Assembly (NCBI GenBank): GCA_002633005.1
Contig: NMRA01000349.1
Coordinates: forward strand, 62,001 to 126,000
Direction of reading: 5' to 3'
Origin: Phoronis australis
Taxonomy: Eukaryota; Animalia; Phoronida
DNA length: 64,000 bases
Position numbers and translations under genes: made by a program
The notes under the pieces: generated by a model
The model's database searches: none
Seen by the model: the letters and a program-made list of their open reading frames with translations, nothing else
What the model was told of the DNA's origin: nothing
In this document: positions 52,683 through 64,000 of the stretch, one piece after another
Numbering within the stretch: position 1 is the stretch's first letter
Layout: each line of letters starts with the position of its first letter

Positions 52683-54833
52683 GGACCGTGTGGTCTCTAG
52701 AGCATTTATAAATAAAATATTAACAAATACTTAATCTGGAATTAGTAGCCTCAAGATTACGTGACATCAAAATAATATTTGTAGTTTAAGATTAAATGGT
52801 GTTGTGCAGTTAAAGAGGCTTGGTGTTTCTGAATCTAGTACCATCAAAATATCCACAAAGTCAAAAAACAGGTCTTGTTGCAACAGCTCCAGGTCCACAA
52901 CATGCACGTGTGTTATCACTAACATATCGCATACATGTATTTTTCTAAACAAAACACTTTTTGCATAAACATTTCTATAACTATTATAATACTTGAAAGC
53001 TCTAACGCAACGAAGTAACTAGAGTTGTGTGGAAGAACTTAAATTGAATTAGTTTGTTGTCTAGATTAATATTAATAAATCGAGTTATATTCTATATGCG
53101 GAGGCGAAAACATTTTGGAAAGCAAATTATTTCCAGAAAACAGAGAGTGTTTATTTTATTTGACAGGAAAGAGATTACGTACTTTGACCTGGAAGACTCA
53201 GGTTTCACCTTAATTACAGTCTCAAAGCATATAACTAATCCAGCTGGAAAGCTTACACCTTTCTTTCAATTCCCCCCATGTCAGGAATTTGTTTTCAAAA
53301 TACATTTTTATCACAAATGATGCCTGTTTCATAGAACTCTTAAAGACTGCATGCTTTGCTTGAATCAAAATGTTAATAAGGCGATAGTAACAGGAGAAAG
53401 TTGAAACTAAAAAACTGAGACGCGATTCATATCCAAGTTATTGACGTAAACCATCATCAGGAACAATGTCAATGGCCGGCAATACAACCAAAATATCAAA
53501 TGAGCCTCACAATGCACGAACATTACTGACAAGTGACAACGGGGCAGTGATCAGAATATATCTAAACCATATGGCCCAACATTCTGTTGAGTGAGCTCTC
53601 GGCATGAGTCTGTTTGATGTGAATAGGTTCACGGATACACCGCTTGAACCTGTTACGGTTTTTGTCTCGTAACTCCTGCGGAAAAGCCCATCTCATGAGC
53701 AGTTAACAATGAGTGAGTACATGTAAATAGAGTGCTGTTGGGGTCTTTAGCATGCTCATTGACTCTAGTTTACACGATCGTAGTTGTCACGCCTATATAA
53801 AAGTCATCGCAATTGTTACAATTGTTCTGATTAATAACAGAAATATTTTGTTGAGTTCTTCATTCACATTTAAGTGTAGACAGCAGCATGAGTCTGTTAC
53901 ATGGCTTGAAAAAATATGAATATTAAGAGATGGTTCTAAAACTCTCAACAACCTGCGTAACTGACGATAAAGAAAAGGTATTGGTTGAGTTGCCATTTGC
54001 TGATAGATCTTCTGTTTCTCTTGATCGTCAGTTACACTGCCCAAGTTGGATTCCTTTCTCAGATTCTGCTTGCAATACTTAGCTTCTGCAATTTATAGAG
54101 TCAACAGGCTACCGATTGTGAAAACAAGCGGATTGAATTCAGTGAGTGTCAGGAAAGCCTCATTGCTTAGAAGTTTCTCAATTTTAGTGGCAAAACAGAG
54201 CTACCCTATCACACAGTGTTACAGACAACAGCAGATTTACAGTGCAAACGAAATGCGCATTGTAGGCCTACATGTGCAAGTTACTTCCTGCGCGAAGGCT
54301 CCTGGGATAGCTTGTGGTCAGGAATGTCGTGAGGAGGCTAGGTAGTGTGTGTATATTTGCAGTGATTAGCCAACTGAAAACCGTTACTTTATTTCGGGAA
54401 CACACGTTTCGGAGCTTTTCGAAGTTTGTATGGTTCCTGTGCTCAAGAGATGGCTGCAATGTCGGGTTGCGTCTGTCTTTGGTTTCAGTGAAGCGAGCGG
54501 CTCTTATAGAATGCTTAGTACTAGGTAATAGTATTACTAGGGCGGCCAAACCAGTTTTTTTTTTCGTTTTGAAAAAACACTTCATCATAATCGGACATAG
54601 GGTCACTTGCTGGGACCGAGTCGTCCATTCTGGGCGACAGCGGCATAAGTTACAAGTTCAAAAATGTTTATAAATTATTTTCACTAATAATTTACGAGGA
54701 AATTTCGTGAGGCTTAACTGTTTACAGTTTTCACCAGATTTCAGCCACGCAGATGTTTGGTATTGATGTGGTAAAAGTACTCACAATTACCGTCGGCAGC
54801 ACCGACAACATGGCGGCTGAAAGTCACTTTTAA

Positions 54834-55105
54834 GAGTTGTATTAACATTCAAGTCTCTAACACTGTCGAATTTATTTAACCCTAAGGACAAAATTCTTAT
54901 GGGTCTACGGTCTAGGGTAGCGTACAAATTTATCTGTGCTGGATGTGGCTCTAGCTATAGAAACTGTTCACCATTTGAAAACCAGGACCAGGGAACATCT
55001 AAACTATGACAGAAGTTCACATGTAAATATTCATCTACAGAGCTCCAATCATTGTTATCAGCAATGCTCTTTCAATGACTTTGCAATAATAGACCAGGGC
55101 CCGGT
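54834..55105 (+). mobile_element. Penelope-like retroelement GIY-YIG endonuclease remnant
   Basis: FNPKDKILMGLRSRVAYKFICAGCGSSY(frameshift)ETVHHLKTRTREHL...SHV..H...FAIIDQ. Confidence 0.75.
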
Positions 55106-56390
55106 CTCCAATCTACGTACTCAGACCCATACTCATACTCGAGATTCCAATACTCAAAATCGTGCTCACTGGAGTCGTACTAAAAAAAGCGTATCTAATG
55201 TCGCATTTCGAGTAGACTCCAAACGTACTCAAATCTGACACACATACTCGAGTTGCTATGGAACTCTTTATCATGAGAAATGCAAAACCACGCAAAGTCG
55301 CGCTGATTCATCGCTCTCTATTGGAACAGACCATCCCAGCAACTACATTATCGTCTGGTGTCGCTACAACTACAAGAGTATAACGTGGAATTCTGAGTGT
55401 TCTGTAACTGTTATTCATTTTTTCAGTTTCAATAAATATTCTTTTACCATTTTTGATACATTTTACAATTATTAAGCTTTACTTCTTGAGTTCCTCATCT
55501 CCCGAAAATGTCTTAAGAAATTTGTAACAGCTTATCACATCAAAGAATCCCTGTTCTCTCTTGTTAATTAGTCTTGACGTAGAACCCATTGCTGTGTAGG
55601 CCTACGCTGATGTCAAAATTTTGATGCTGTACCTTTGTATTTTACCGGGATGTATCAAGTTAGTTGACATTTGGCGCGTGAGATAAAAAACACCACATGT
55701 ACGGGCATTCAGACTTCATCAGTGAACGGACGAAACGTCTAGTGATAAATCGGCAAACAAAATTTGGAATATCATTCGGGGATTGAGGAATTATCGATGA
55801 CTAAACTATGATGTGAAATACCTGACAGGGAAGGAAACGGTTTTTAACTTTCCTCGCCTCCTCGTCTTTTAGAACCCTACAAACCGTAGGCACACCTACT
55901 GAAATAAGGACAGAACAAACTTCTTACACGACTTTTCCCACTACTGCTTTCGACACTTGTAATGACTCACCGAAAAGGGATTAGAATGCGCCTTTTGCTA
56001 GGAATCGTGGAGTAAGAAGGAGTTTATAAATTGGTGGTGATAACATGCAGTGATACTGCGGGTTAATAAGGTGAAGAATAAGAAGATTTAAAATGACAAC
56101 TATTATCTCTGAACTGAAACTGAAGCGCTGAAATGTGGTAAGGGGACTTAATTTTTTTAGATTTGCTGGTGTCTCTCGGTGGCCTTTCGATATTTTGTTC
56201 TCTCGCTCGTATTTATTTTAAAGTACGATTTCAAGCACACTACCAGACCAAACTTGAAATTTGGAGCATATACTCGGAATTTTACTCAAAATCGTACTCG
56301 AAATATAAATGAGATACACCTCAAGTTAAGGCTGGCAGTTTTCTGTAGTTGGATTGTAAGCTCATTTGAAAAATGTAATTACTTTTATGT

Positions 56391-56890
56391 AGAATAACTG
56401 CTTCGGTGGCTTGTGCAATTTACAAACAGCGAAGTTCTAGACCACCTGATGCTATGGTGAAGAAAATCTTGCAGTATGGGCCGACAATTCCGTTGAAGAG
56501 TTGCCAACACGGTACAGTGTAAGGAAGCGACGTGCTATTGAAGTTTATAAATTTTTAGTTCGTCTTCTGGGATAAACATCGCTGCGAATGTCAGTGGTTT
56601 CGTTATGTCGTCTGGGCATTATTTTTTCGGTGTCACGGTTGATGGTATAGTGTACTACGAAGGAGAAGAATCAGGGACTTTAGAAGTTAAATATCCCTAT
56701 GATGAGGAAGGCACGTTCTGTGGTAACTAGCAGAGGAAGAGGTTTTACGTTACCACAAAGCTTAAACCAACATTTGAGAGAGTCCGAACTCTATTCGTTC
56801 AGTTTTGCCGAGAATAACCTACATAACAGCTGCACCCATCCTTACTGAATGTGAGTGTTAATCACAATTACTTTGTCCACGTGTAAGTAC
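56391..56890 (+). pseudogene. YqaJ/lambda-exonuclease-like pseudogene, 5' part (transposon-associated, e.g. ISL2EU-type)
   Basis: RITAS...HG..*..AIEVY; SGFVMSSGHYFFGVTVDGIV...GTLEVKYPY; NHNYFVHV*V; contains stops and frameshifts. Confidence 0.7.
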
Positions 56891-59201
56891 AAACAAACAA
56901 ACAAACAAACAAACAAATAACAAAACATTTACTCCAAAACTCATAGGTCCATTGGCCAACAGTTCAAAGTATTAATATACAGACAGTATAATCTCGCCAA
57001 TTTATCAAATACTCATATTTCCACTCCTAATTGTCATTGCTAGTTGAAAGTGTTATATTTCTTAAAACATACATAGAATCTGAACCTAAGAGTGCCTTAA
57101 TGTGTCTATTTCTAACAATACATTGTGGTAATAGATAATTGCGCAAGTCTGCAAGGACTGGACAATCAAATAAAAAGTGTATCTCTGTTTCAATTTCATT
57201 GGTGTTACAAACGTCTTCTGGTCGAGATACATTGTTTCTTCTACCCAACTCAATCATAAGATAATGCGTCGAACACCTCAAATTTCTGTTGCGAATTCTT
57301 AATTTAATGACATGCTACCACATCAATACTTTTCACATCTTAATTCAGATTAAATTGATCAGTAAAAATTACATTTATCCGCATTTGCAAATGAAGACAA
57401 CAATTGAAAATTCATATATCAAAGTCTTTGCTTAAAAAAAGAAATTAAAAAAATCATTTCATCACTAACACTTTGTTGAAACCAAACACAACCAAACCCA
57501 GTTGTGAATAATACATTTTGACAAAGGTACGCCAGTTTTTTGACCTTTCAAATCGTTTTCGCACAGCATTATGTAACATTGTCTTGGCAATCTATCATCA
57601 TTCATTTTCAACAATTTCAAATGGTAGTTAAAGGGTTTGCACATATATATCACACACAAATCAAAACGTCCAAATTTATATTTTACAATAACATTTGTTG
57701 TCTTGATGCTTGTACGTAATAACCATTTCCAAAACGCAAGCTAAACACTTTACATTTCCTTTCTGTGGGTTGCACCCCACAATTCTGCACCATAAAACAG
57801 AATAGGTGCCACCATAGAGTCAAATAATTTAAATGCTATCTTTACATTTCTATTTGTTCCTATTTTGTATAAATAAGACTTGACTAAATGAAGGGCTTTA
57901 CTCGCCTGTTGGGCAAGTGTTTTGTAACACATCGTCCAACTCAGCCTGCACGAGAAGACAATTCCTAGGTAATTAAAGTAGCTGCATAAATTTAACTTAG
58001 CTCCATTATAGGACCATTTTTCATTATTATCCAGGGTCCCACCTTTTTTAAAGAAAGACCACTATATTTGATTTATCGACATTCACAGACAAGTTCCATT
58101 TTAAGCAAAAATTTTCCAATGAATCAAGCCTACTCTGAAGTTGTACTACAATGTCAGTGACATCATCTGAAAAAGTAACAAAAATAAATTTGCTAGATCG
58201 TGGTTTACCTGTATGCAACTGGTTCTACCAGCCTGTACTTCAGTTGCTAGTTCATTAATATACAACGAAAATAGCATAGGGCTATTCATACAGCCTTGCT
58301 TGACACCTGTTTTGCATTCAAACGCGTGATCATTTATTCCTTAGTCACATTTAACTTTTAATTTAACATTTGAATATATATCTTGTAACACCTAAGTAGA
58401 ACTAAAGACGCCTTTTGATATTAAAATGTAAAAAAATGTTTGTTCTTTATTTATAGAGTCGAAAGCTTTATTGAACTCAATAGATGTACAATAAAATGGT
58501 TTAGATTTACGTTTCAACAAATATTTTTGTATCAAGCTGTTGAGAATAAAAATGTTATTCACGGTTGTGTAGTATTTTCTGAGCCGGGCTTGTTCTTCAG
58601 CAAGAAAAATATTTTCGTCAACCCATGAAGTCTACCGTTTATTTAGAACTGAGGTGAAGACTTTACTGACAACGTTCAAAAACGTAATGCCCCTTTACTT
58701 GGTTGTATCAGATGCATCTCCTTTTTTAATATTGTTAGTATGCTGGTAGCCCACTTTTCTGGGAATTTCCCGGTATGCAAAATTTTACTAAATAAATTAC
58801 AAAGCAATTTCTTAATTTTATCTATTAAAAGCTTAAGAAATTCAACCGGAATTCGGTCCTCCCCACGGGATTCTCCGTTTTGCCTATTATCAATTGCTAC
58901 TACAATTTCTTCTTCCGTAATGTCTTCATTCATTGCATTGTCATTGTCAAATCCGAACTGGTTTGCAGTCCCGTCTGCTGAACGTGTTCTACTCTACTTG
59001 GTCAAATTCAACATCACAGTTTTGGCGTTCTATATTTAAAATATAGCTGAAGTGTGTTACCCATAGTCTGCCAGTAATGTTCTCGTTTACAGGGGTCTTT
59101 AAAGACTGGGTTTTTATTAAGTGCCAAAGCGTTTTGGCATCATTCGACTCACACGCCCTTAAAATTAAATTATACGTTTCTTTATTCTTATTACTTTTCT
59201 T
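56891..59201 (-). mobile_element. 5'-truncated decayed L2/CR1-group LINE with (TTTG)n tail
   Basis: Minus strand: ITEEEIVVAI..GEDRIPVEFLK, FPEKW, GVKQGC..SPMLFSLYINEL, FNYLGIVFS, KLFDSMVAPILFYGAELWG, RLPRQCY, RCSTHYLMIELGR..EIETEIHFLFDCP; tail caaacaaacaaa at 56890-56925. Confidence 0.9.
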
Positions 59202-59390
59202 CAGATGGGTGCAATTGGTCCTAAATGGTCTGATTTTGTGGTGTTAAATGTTAGACAGGATACGCTATCTGATCTGACTGGTGAAATGTTTGTTCAAAGA
59301 ATATTGTTTCACAGTGACTTTTATAAAAACGAAACTTGTTCCCAAGTTAAGAAGTTTCTATGAAACAGGTATTATACATCTACCAGAGAA
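59202..59390 (+). pseudogene. YqaJ-like pseudogene, 3' part (resumes after the LINE)
   Basis: QMGAIGPKWSDFVV...MFVQRILFHSDFY..KLVPKLRSFYETGII, typical YqaJ-family C-terminus. Confidence 0.7.
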
Positions 59391-60559
59391 TGATGTTGAG
59401 TGGTGGAGTGTAGGCTGGGGTACAGCTTTGTCCAAACCGTTCAAGATACAAGTACAGATGATTAGTTTAAATCTGATTTAGTGGCCTCCATTCTAACTCG
59501 TATGTCAAGAAAAATGAGCATTGTCAACCAGCGAAAAAAAAAATTATTCAGGGAAATAAAAATATGTTGATATTTATGTACCATTATTATTACGTTAACA
59601 ACTTCATTTTCAAAAAAGGTACATTCATAGCAAAATATCCCAATTAAAAGAGATTCAATAAAATCAACCGAGGGGTTGTTTTGCCACGAATGTACCTTTA
59701 TTAATGAAAACTTTACCAATTGCCTCAAAAAGCTGTTAGAAATTTTCGAATTCTTTTCCTTTAAATTGGTTTCTATGACAAATCAACTCGCAGAACATAA
59801 AATATTTTTGTAAAAAATAAAAGTTGTATTCGTCTGTGTTACATTACGCAAAAACCAGCAAAAACAAGGCCTATATATCGAAAATCCAAACTGCGTTTTT
59901 GAGATTGATTAATAAATGTAAATGTAAATGTGCACTGCATATATGTTATTTCATTTTCATTTTTCAGTATTACATGGGTATTACATTATTCTTTCCTCCA
60001 CATATACCTCGGTACCATCACCTGCTCGGTTTAGTCACCCATTGGGGGGTTAGTGAAATTTACGAGATTACCCGTATTTCGTTAAAAGTCAGTTGACATG
60101 CTGTTCGGAAGGACAAACTGGATTATTTATATTGCTAATTATTTCTAACACACGTTCCAAGTAGATTCTCAGTCGTGCAAAGAGCCTAGTTTCTATTTCT
60201 TCTTGGCCATTCAAAAATGGTGGAATGTCAAGTTAAATTTGTTATTGCGCCAAATATCCGTCAATCAATAAGTCTCGGTCTACGTCAATTGAATCTACTA
60301 GAAAATACAATCCCTCAATATTTACAGTAACGTTTCCAACGTCACTGTTGTACAGTAAAAGTAAAACGACGAGCTTCGGTACAGAAATATATTAAAATAT
60401 TCCCCAAGTTTCGAGCGGTACGCTCTTTATCAAGGGCATGACAAAGGTGAACGCATGGTGATACACAACATACAGTAGGAACAAAATCACTCACGACAAC
60501 TAACAATGGGGTACGCATGACCTGAGGAAGGGTTTAGATAGAAACGGATATGTAAATGC

Positions 60560-60820
60560 TGCAGTCTATTCATAACATACTTTTAGTGAGAATACCTGTC
60601 CCTATTTAAACCTTTGGCGTGGATACTGAATCCGGCAATGAACTCCGTAAGACCATTTTATGCCATTTTCTGTTCTATTCAATTGTCCACCATTCTTGAA
60701 AATAATTACGTTTGATTTCTTGATATTTACAGACAGACAAATTCTATTTTAAACAAAAATTTTCAGTACGCCTATTGATTCGTCTCCGTAACTAATCAAT
60801 GGAGTCGCCAAGATACGTTT
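60560..60820 (-). mobile_element. LINE RT remnant
   Basis: LSVNIKKSNVIIFKNGG matches the same motif in the other two LINEs. Confidence 0.5.
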
Positions 60821-61499
60821 TCCACCATATACCAGGCTTTTGTTTTTCTTTCTTTTCATTTTTGTTCGTTGAGAGCTGAATAGTCACCGGAGATCAGGAT
60901 GAGGGCGTTCTCCGACTTCCGAAAAAAGGTCTCTGATGCGTGTTCCATGACTTTTGAGACCGTTTTTTTCGTCTATTGGCATTGTCCTTTTTGTTTTATG
61001 TTCTACTTTTGAGGTTTAGGAAGAGGACGCGCTGTAATGTCCCCACAGATCCAACTTCAGGCTCAGTTTTCGTGTCGTGGAGATATGGATGCCTTTACGC
61101 GAAATACCAAAACGACCTTCCTTGACATGCAAATTAGGCACAATTGTCTGAAGCTAAGAAACCTACGTTGCCCTCAGAAATTATTTTCCCTCGTTTCGGA
61201 ACTTTCATCATCATCCTCCTCTCCATCATAATCACCGACCATGTCCCCAATTTCCAGGGCTTCCTTTGACCCTGGATCTCCTTATTTGCCAAAACCCTGG
61301 GAAGCAGACTGCTTTACAACATAAATGAGGGGCGATAATTTATGCCGAGTGTTGAGGCACATATTGACCACTATGGAAACGACAATATATGTCGGTGTTC
61401 ACGGCACAAAATGTCGCACCCGACAGGTCCGGGCTAAGCAGATGACGCAATTCACCACAATAAAACTCGTAATGTCAGTTAACTTTTGCTTTTGTAACT

Positions 61500-62105
61500 T
61501 CAAACACCTTCCTGGATTATAGACTGGACAGTCGACACTAGTCGTTTGTAGCTTTTCGCATTTCCGGCGGAGAGTTTTCCCGAGTTATATATTTGCCAAA
61601 CTCCACCGACCCTGGACACAAAGCACATAACTACGGCTTGGGAATGGCGGGCATGGTTGAATGACGTCTTACACAGGTCCTTGTGTTTATCTGAAGATTC
61701 AAAAAACTTCAAGCTGGGGTTTGGGAAACGTGAAATATTGGGGGAATTCCAAGCACTGAGAGTAAAAAACAGGTGGGTGATGTCTTGAGAAATTTCCTTC
61801 AATTTCACATGAATTGTATGATGTCCTATTCTGTTTACATCGTCCATTACGTCACCAGAATGCCATATGGACCGGTAAAGTTTGTGTCTGTAGTCCACGA
61901 TAGCCAGTTGTTTGGTTCCACTAAAAACCAGGCAGGACGCATCCAAAAAGTCGCAACCATTCGCAGGATATCCCCAGAATAAATCAAAGATGACGTGATT
62001 AAACTGGTCGGGAATAGCGAACAGCAAGACCACGAGGTGCAGTGTCTGGTGAGCCTGTATGCCGTAGTCTTTCAGTTGTGCTAGAGTGCCATTTTTTCTT
62101 TGAAC
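61500..62105 (-). CDS. RING-Ubl-TerD-like gene copy B, last exon (upstream exons not found; probably beyond window end)
   Basis: Acceptor ctgcag|GTT at 62105; exactly 606 nt like copy A; intact frame; same Ubl and TerD-like motifs. Confidence 0.82.
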   Translation of the reverse strand, partial: VQRKNGTLAQLKDYGIQAHQTLHLVVLLFAIPDQFNHVIFDLFWGYPANGCDFLDASCLVFSGTKQLAIVDYRHKLYRSIWHSGDVMDDVNRIGHHTIHVKLKEISQDITHLFFTLSAWNSPNISRFPNPSLKFFESSDKHKDLCKTSFNHARHSQAVVMCFVSRVGGVWQIYNSGKLSAGNAKSYKRLVSTVQSIIQEGV

Positions 62106-62554
62106 CTGCAGTGAAAAACGTACATCAGGAGTGCTCACTGACTGGAGCCGTTGTCGTCAATGATTTTTGGTATTGCATTATATATCAAATGTTCCTGCAG
62201 TGCCATCTTTGAAAGCCATTGTTTTGGTTTGTGTTTTGGAGTGAAAATTGTGTTTTGCTTCAGTAACACGGCACGGAAGCGTTTTTATTTACACACAAAA
62301 CCACGGACCAAATACAGGTCATCTGATTATGTCAACACTCAACAATGAACTTGATTTTTTTGTTTCAAGTTTGCGACTTCGGCGCTGTGTATGACTGCCT
62401 ATAGCTGGAGTAATAGACCGGCAGCACAGAGGGCTTAGCATAGATGAACGAGGTATCAACATTTGACCACCGGATCACCTCAGTACACAAATGGATGTCT
62501 GTCGTTGTCTGCATCCTGGGTATGATCCCTGGGGACCTAACGAGGTCTAGATTA

Positions 62555-63020
62555 GATATTCAAGGTACCGGCCAAAAATGCTCTAAAACGAGCTATCGTG
62601 CCCCATTGAACATCGAATGACCATGACAAACAAATTGCACTCTAGGAAGGGACCGCTAAAAACTCAAAAAGGACCTCTCAAAATGAGCTGGTTCATAAAT
62701 TCCATATAATTCGATACATGTCATTGACGACTAAATGGTATATCACAGACAAAATAAACTCTTGTCTTGTGCCTTCCAGAAAACCCAAAAATCTCAATCA
62801 CGATATGCCACTGAACATTTGAGCAAGATCATATATTCGAGGTACCGGTCAAAACTAATTTAAAGCGAACAGTCTTGCCGTATTGAACACCGAATGACCC
62901 ATGACAGACAAACTGCACAACGATTCCATACATGCCACTAACCACTAAATGGTCTATGACAAACCAAATACACTGGGTTGTCCCTGCTAGAAACCCAACA
63001 TTTAGGGCTGTGATATTCAA
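62555..63020. repeat. Diverged ~277-bp tandem repeat
   Basis: tattc(a/g)aggtaccgg...ttgaaca(t/c)cgaatgacc...gcac at about 62557 and 62834. Confidence 0.6.
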
Positions 63021-63703
63021 AGCCCACGGTGGGTAAAAAAAACAATTCTTACCCAGGACCATAAACGTTTTGTTGAACAGTGTTTACTTCTACAGATCAA
63101 CTGGGACAGTTGTACAGCTAAAAGCAGGGTTCGAACTACTTTCACTGTCCTCCCAAGTAATAAACACCAGTCAGTTTCAAAACCCCTACGGTGTGTGAGT
63201 GACCCCAACGATTTACAACCATCGACCAAATACTAAGCCGCGATACGGACTAGTTACCCGGTCAAGTCTAGAACGCAAAAAATATCAACTATGGAGTTCT
63301 GTTGGAAATTTGTGCTACATTACCTATTTTAGGCCAGAGATAGACCAGCTAAAATTAATTCAAGAGTAAACAATGGTCAATGTATAAGAAACCGCAAGAA
63401 CTCGGGCGGGAAACCCAAATATCTAGACCAGATGTTGTTAAAAATTGCACCAATCGAGGTACATACATTCTCAATTAGGTATTGCATTTAAGTTCACTGC
63501 ATACGTTAAGACACGGGGCCGTTCGAAATAAAACTAATTATATAGATTTGCATTAAAGCTTTGTAGGATGATTTGTTAGAAACTGTTGCATAACGAAAGT
63601 TTGGCAACCTTCCAACTTCGAGAATGGCACAAAGACCTACAAGGACCAGTTCTCAGGAGGAAAACTCTCGTTGTTTCGCCTGGTGTCAACTGTATTCGCT
63701 TCA

Positions 63704-63952
63704 CATGCGTGAACCCAGCCTAAACTATAGGGAGGCTCGAATTCTTGAGGATGTGGACCTTTTACTACCAAGACACGGGGGACTAAAAAACGGGGTACGT
63801 TCGCAGCTATGAATTGTGCCTTCATGCCTTTTTAGTGGACTTTTGTCTCGTTTTCTCGGACTTTTTTCCTCTTAGGCGGACCTTTTAGCCCACTTCGCCA
63901 AATGGGGGGCTCATTAGAGCCATCCGAGCCCCCCCCTCCGGGTGCGCGCATG
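63704..63952. mobile_element. MITE copy 3 (CATGCGCGCACCC family) with 5-bp target-site duplication CTTCA
   Basis: cttca|CATGCG...GGGTGCGCGCATG|cttca; right end duplicated again at about 63972-64000. Confidence 0.8.
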
Positions 63953-64000
63953 CTTCATTACAGCGCTACCGCTCGGGGTGCACGCATGCTTCATTACAGC

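Noticed and set aside
13343-63952. MITE copies marking a recent ~51-kb segmental duplication
   Set aside because: The copies have different flanks, and the gene paralogues are too diverged at synonymous sites; independent insertions are more likely.
62106-64000. Upstream RING/Ubl exons of copy B
   Set aside because: Searched by eye and not found; they may lie beyond the window, so copy B cannot be called either complete or a pseudogene.

Overview
AT-rich, intron-containing animal (probably marine invertebrate) genomic DNA from a draft, heterozygous assembly: one ~500-nt N gap and three single-N joins, two of them flanked by duplicated haplotype sequence. The window is dominated by a + strand RNF213/mysterin-like giant AAA+ gene. 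I reconstructed it by hand as 8 phase-compatible coding exons (17302-48547, about 4,822 aa), including one 11.65-kb exon. It appears to lack the RING domain and has a shortened RZ-finger-like motif. It is flanked on both sides by - strand paralogues of a small gene with a RING + ubiquitin-like + TerD-like architecture. One copy is complete (3 exons, 341 aa, 10086-12780) and lies head-to-head with the RNF213-like gene; only the last exon of the second copy (61500-62105) is in the window. The rest is transposon debris: decayed L2/CR1-type LINEs, a YqaJ-exonuclease pseudogene split by a LINE, a Penelope GIY-YIG fragment, a THAP/Kolobok-like insertion that is polymorphic between haplotypes, MITEs, a Helentron-like repeat with CTCF-like motifs, and microsatellites. 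All domain calls come from manual motif recognition, not database searches.
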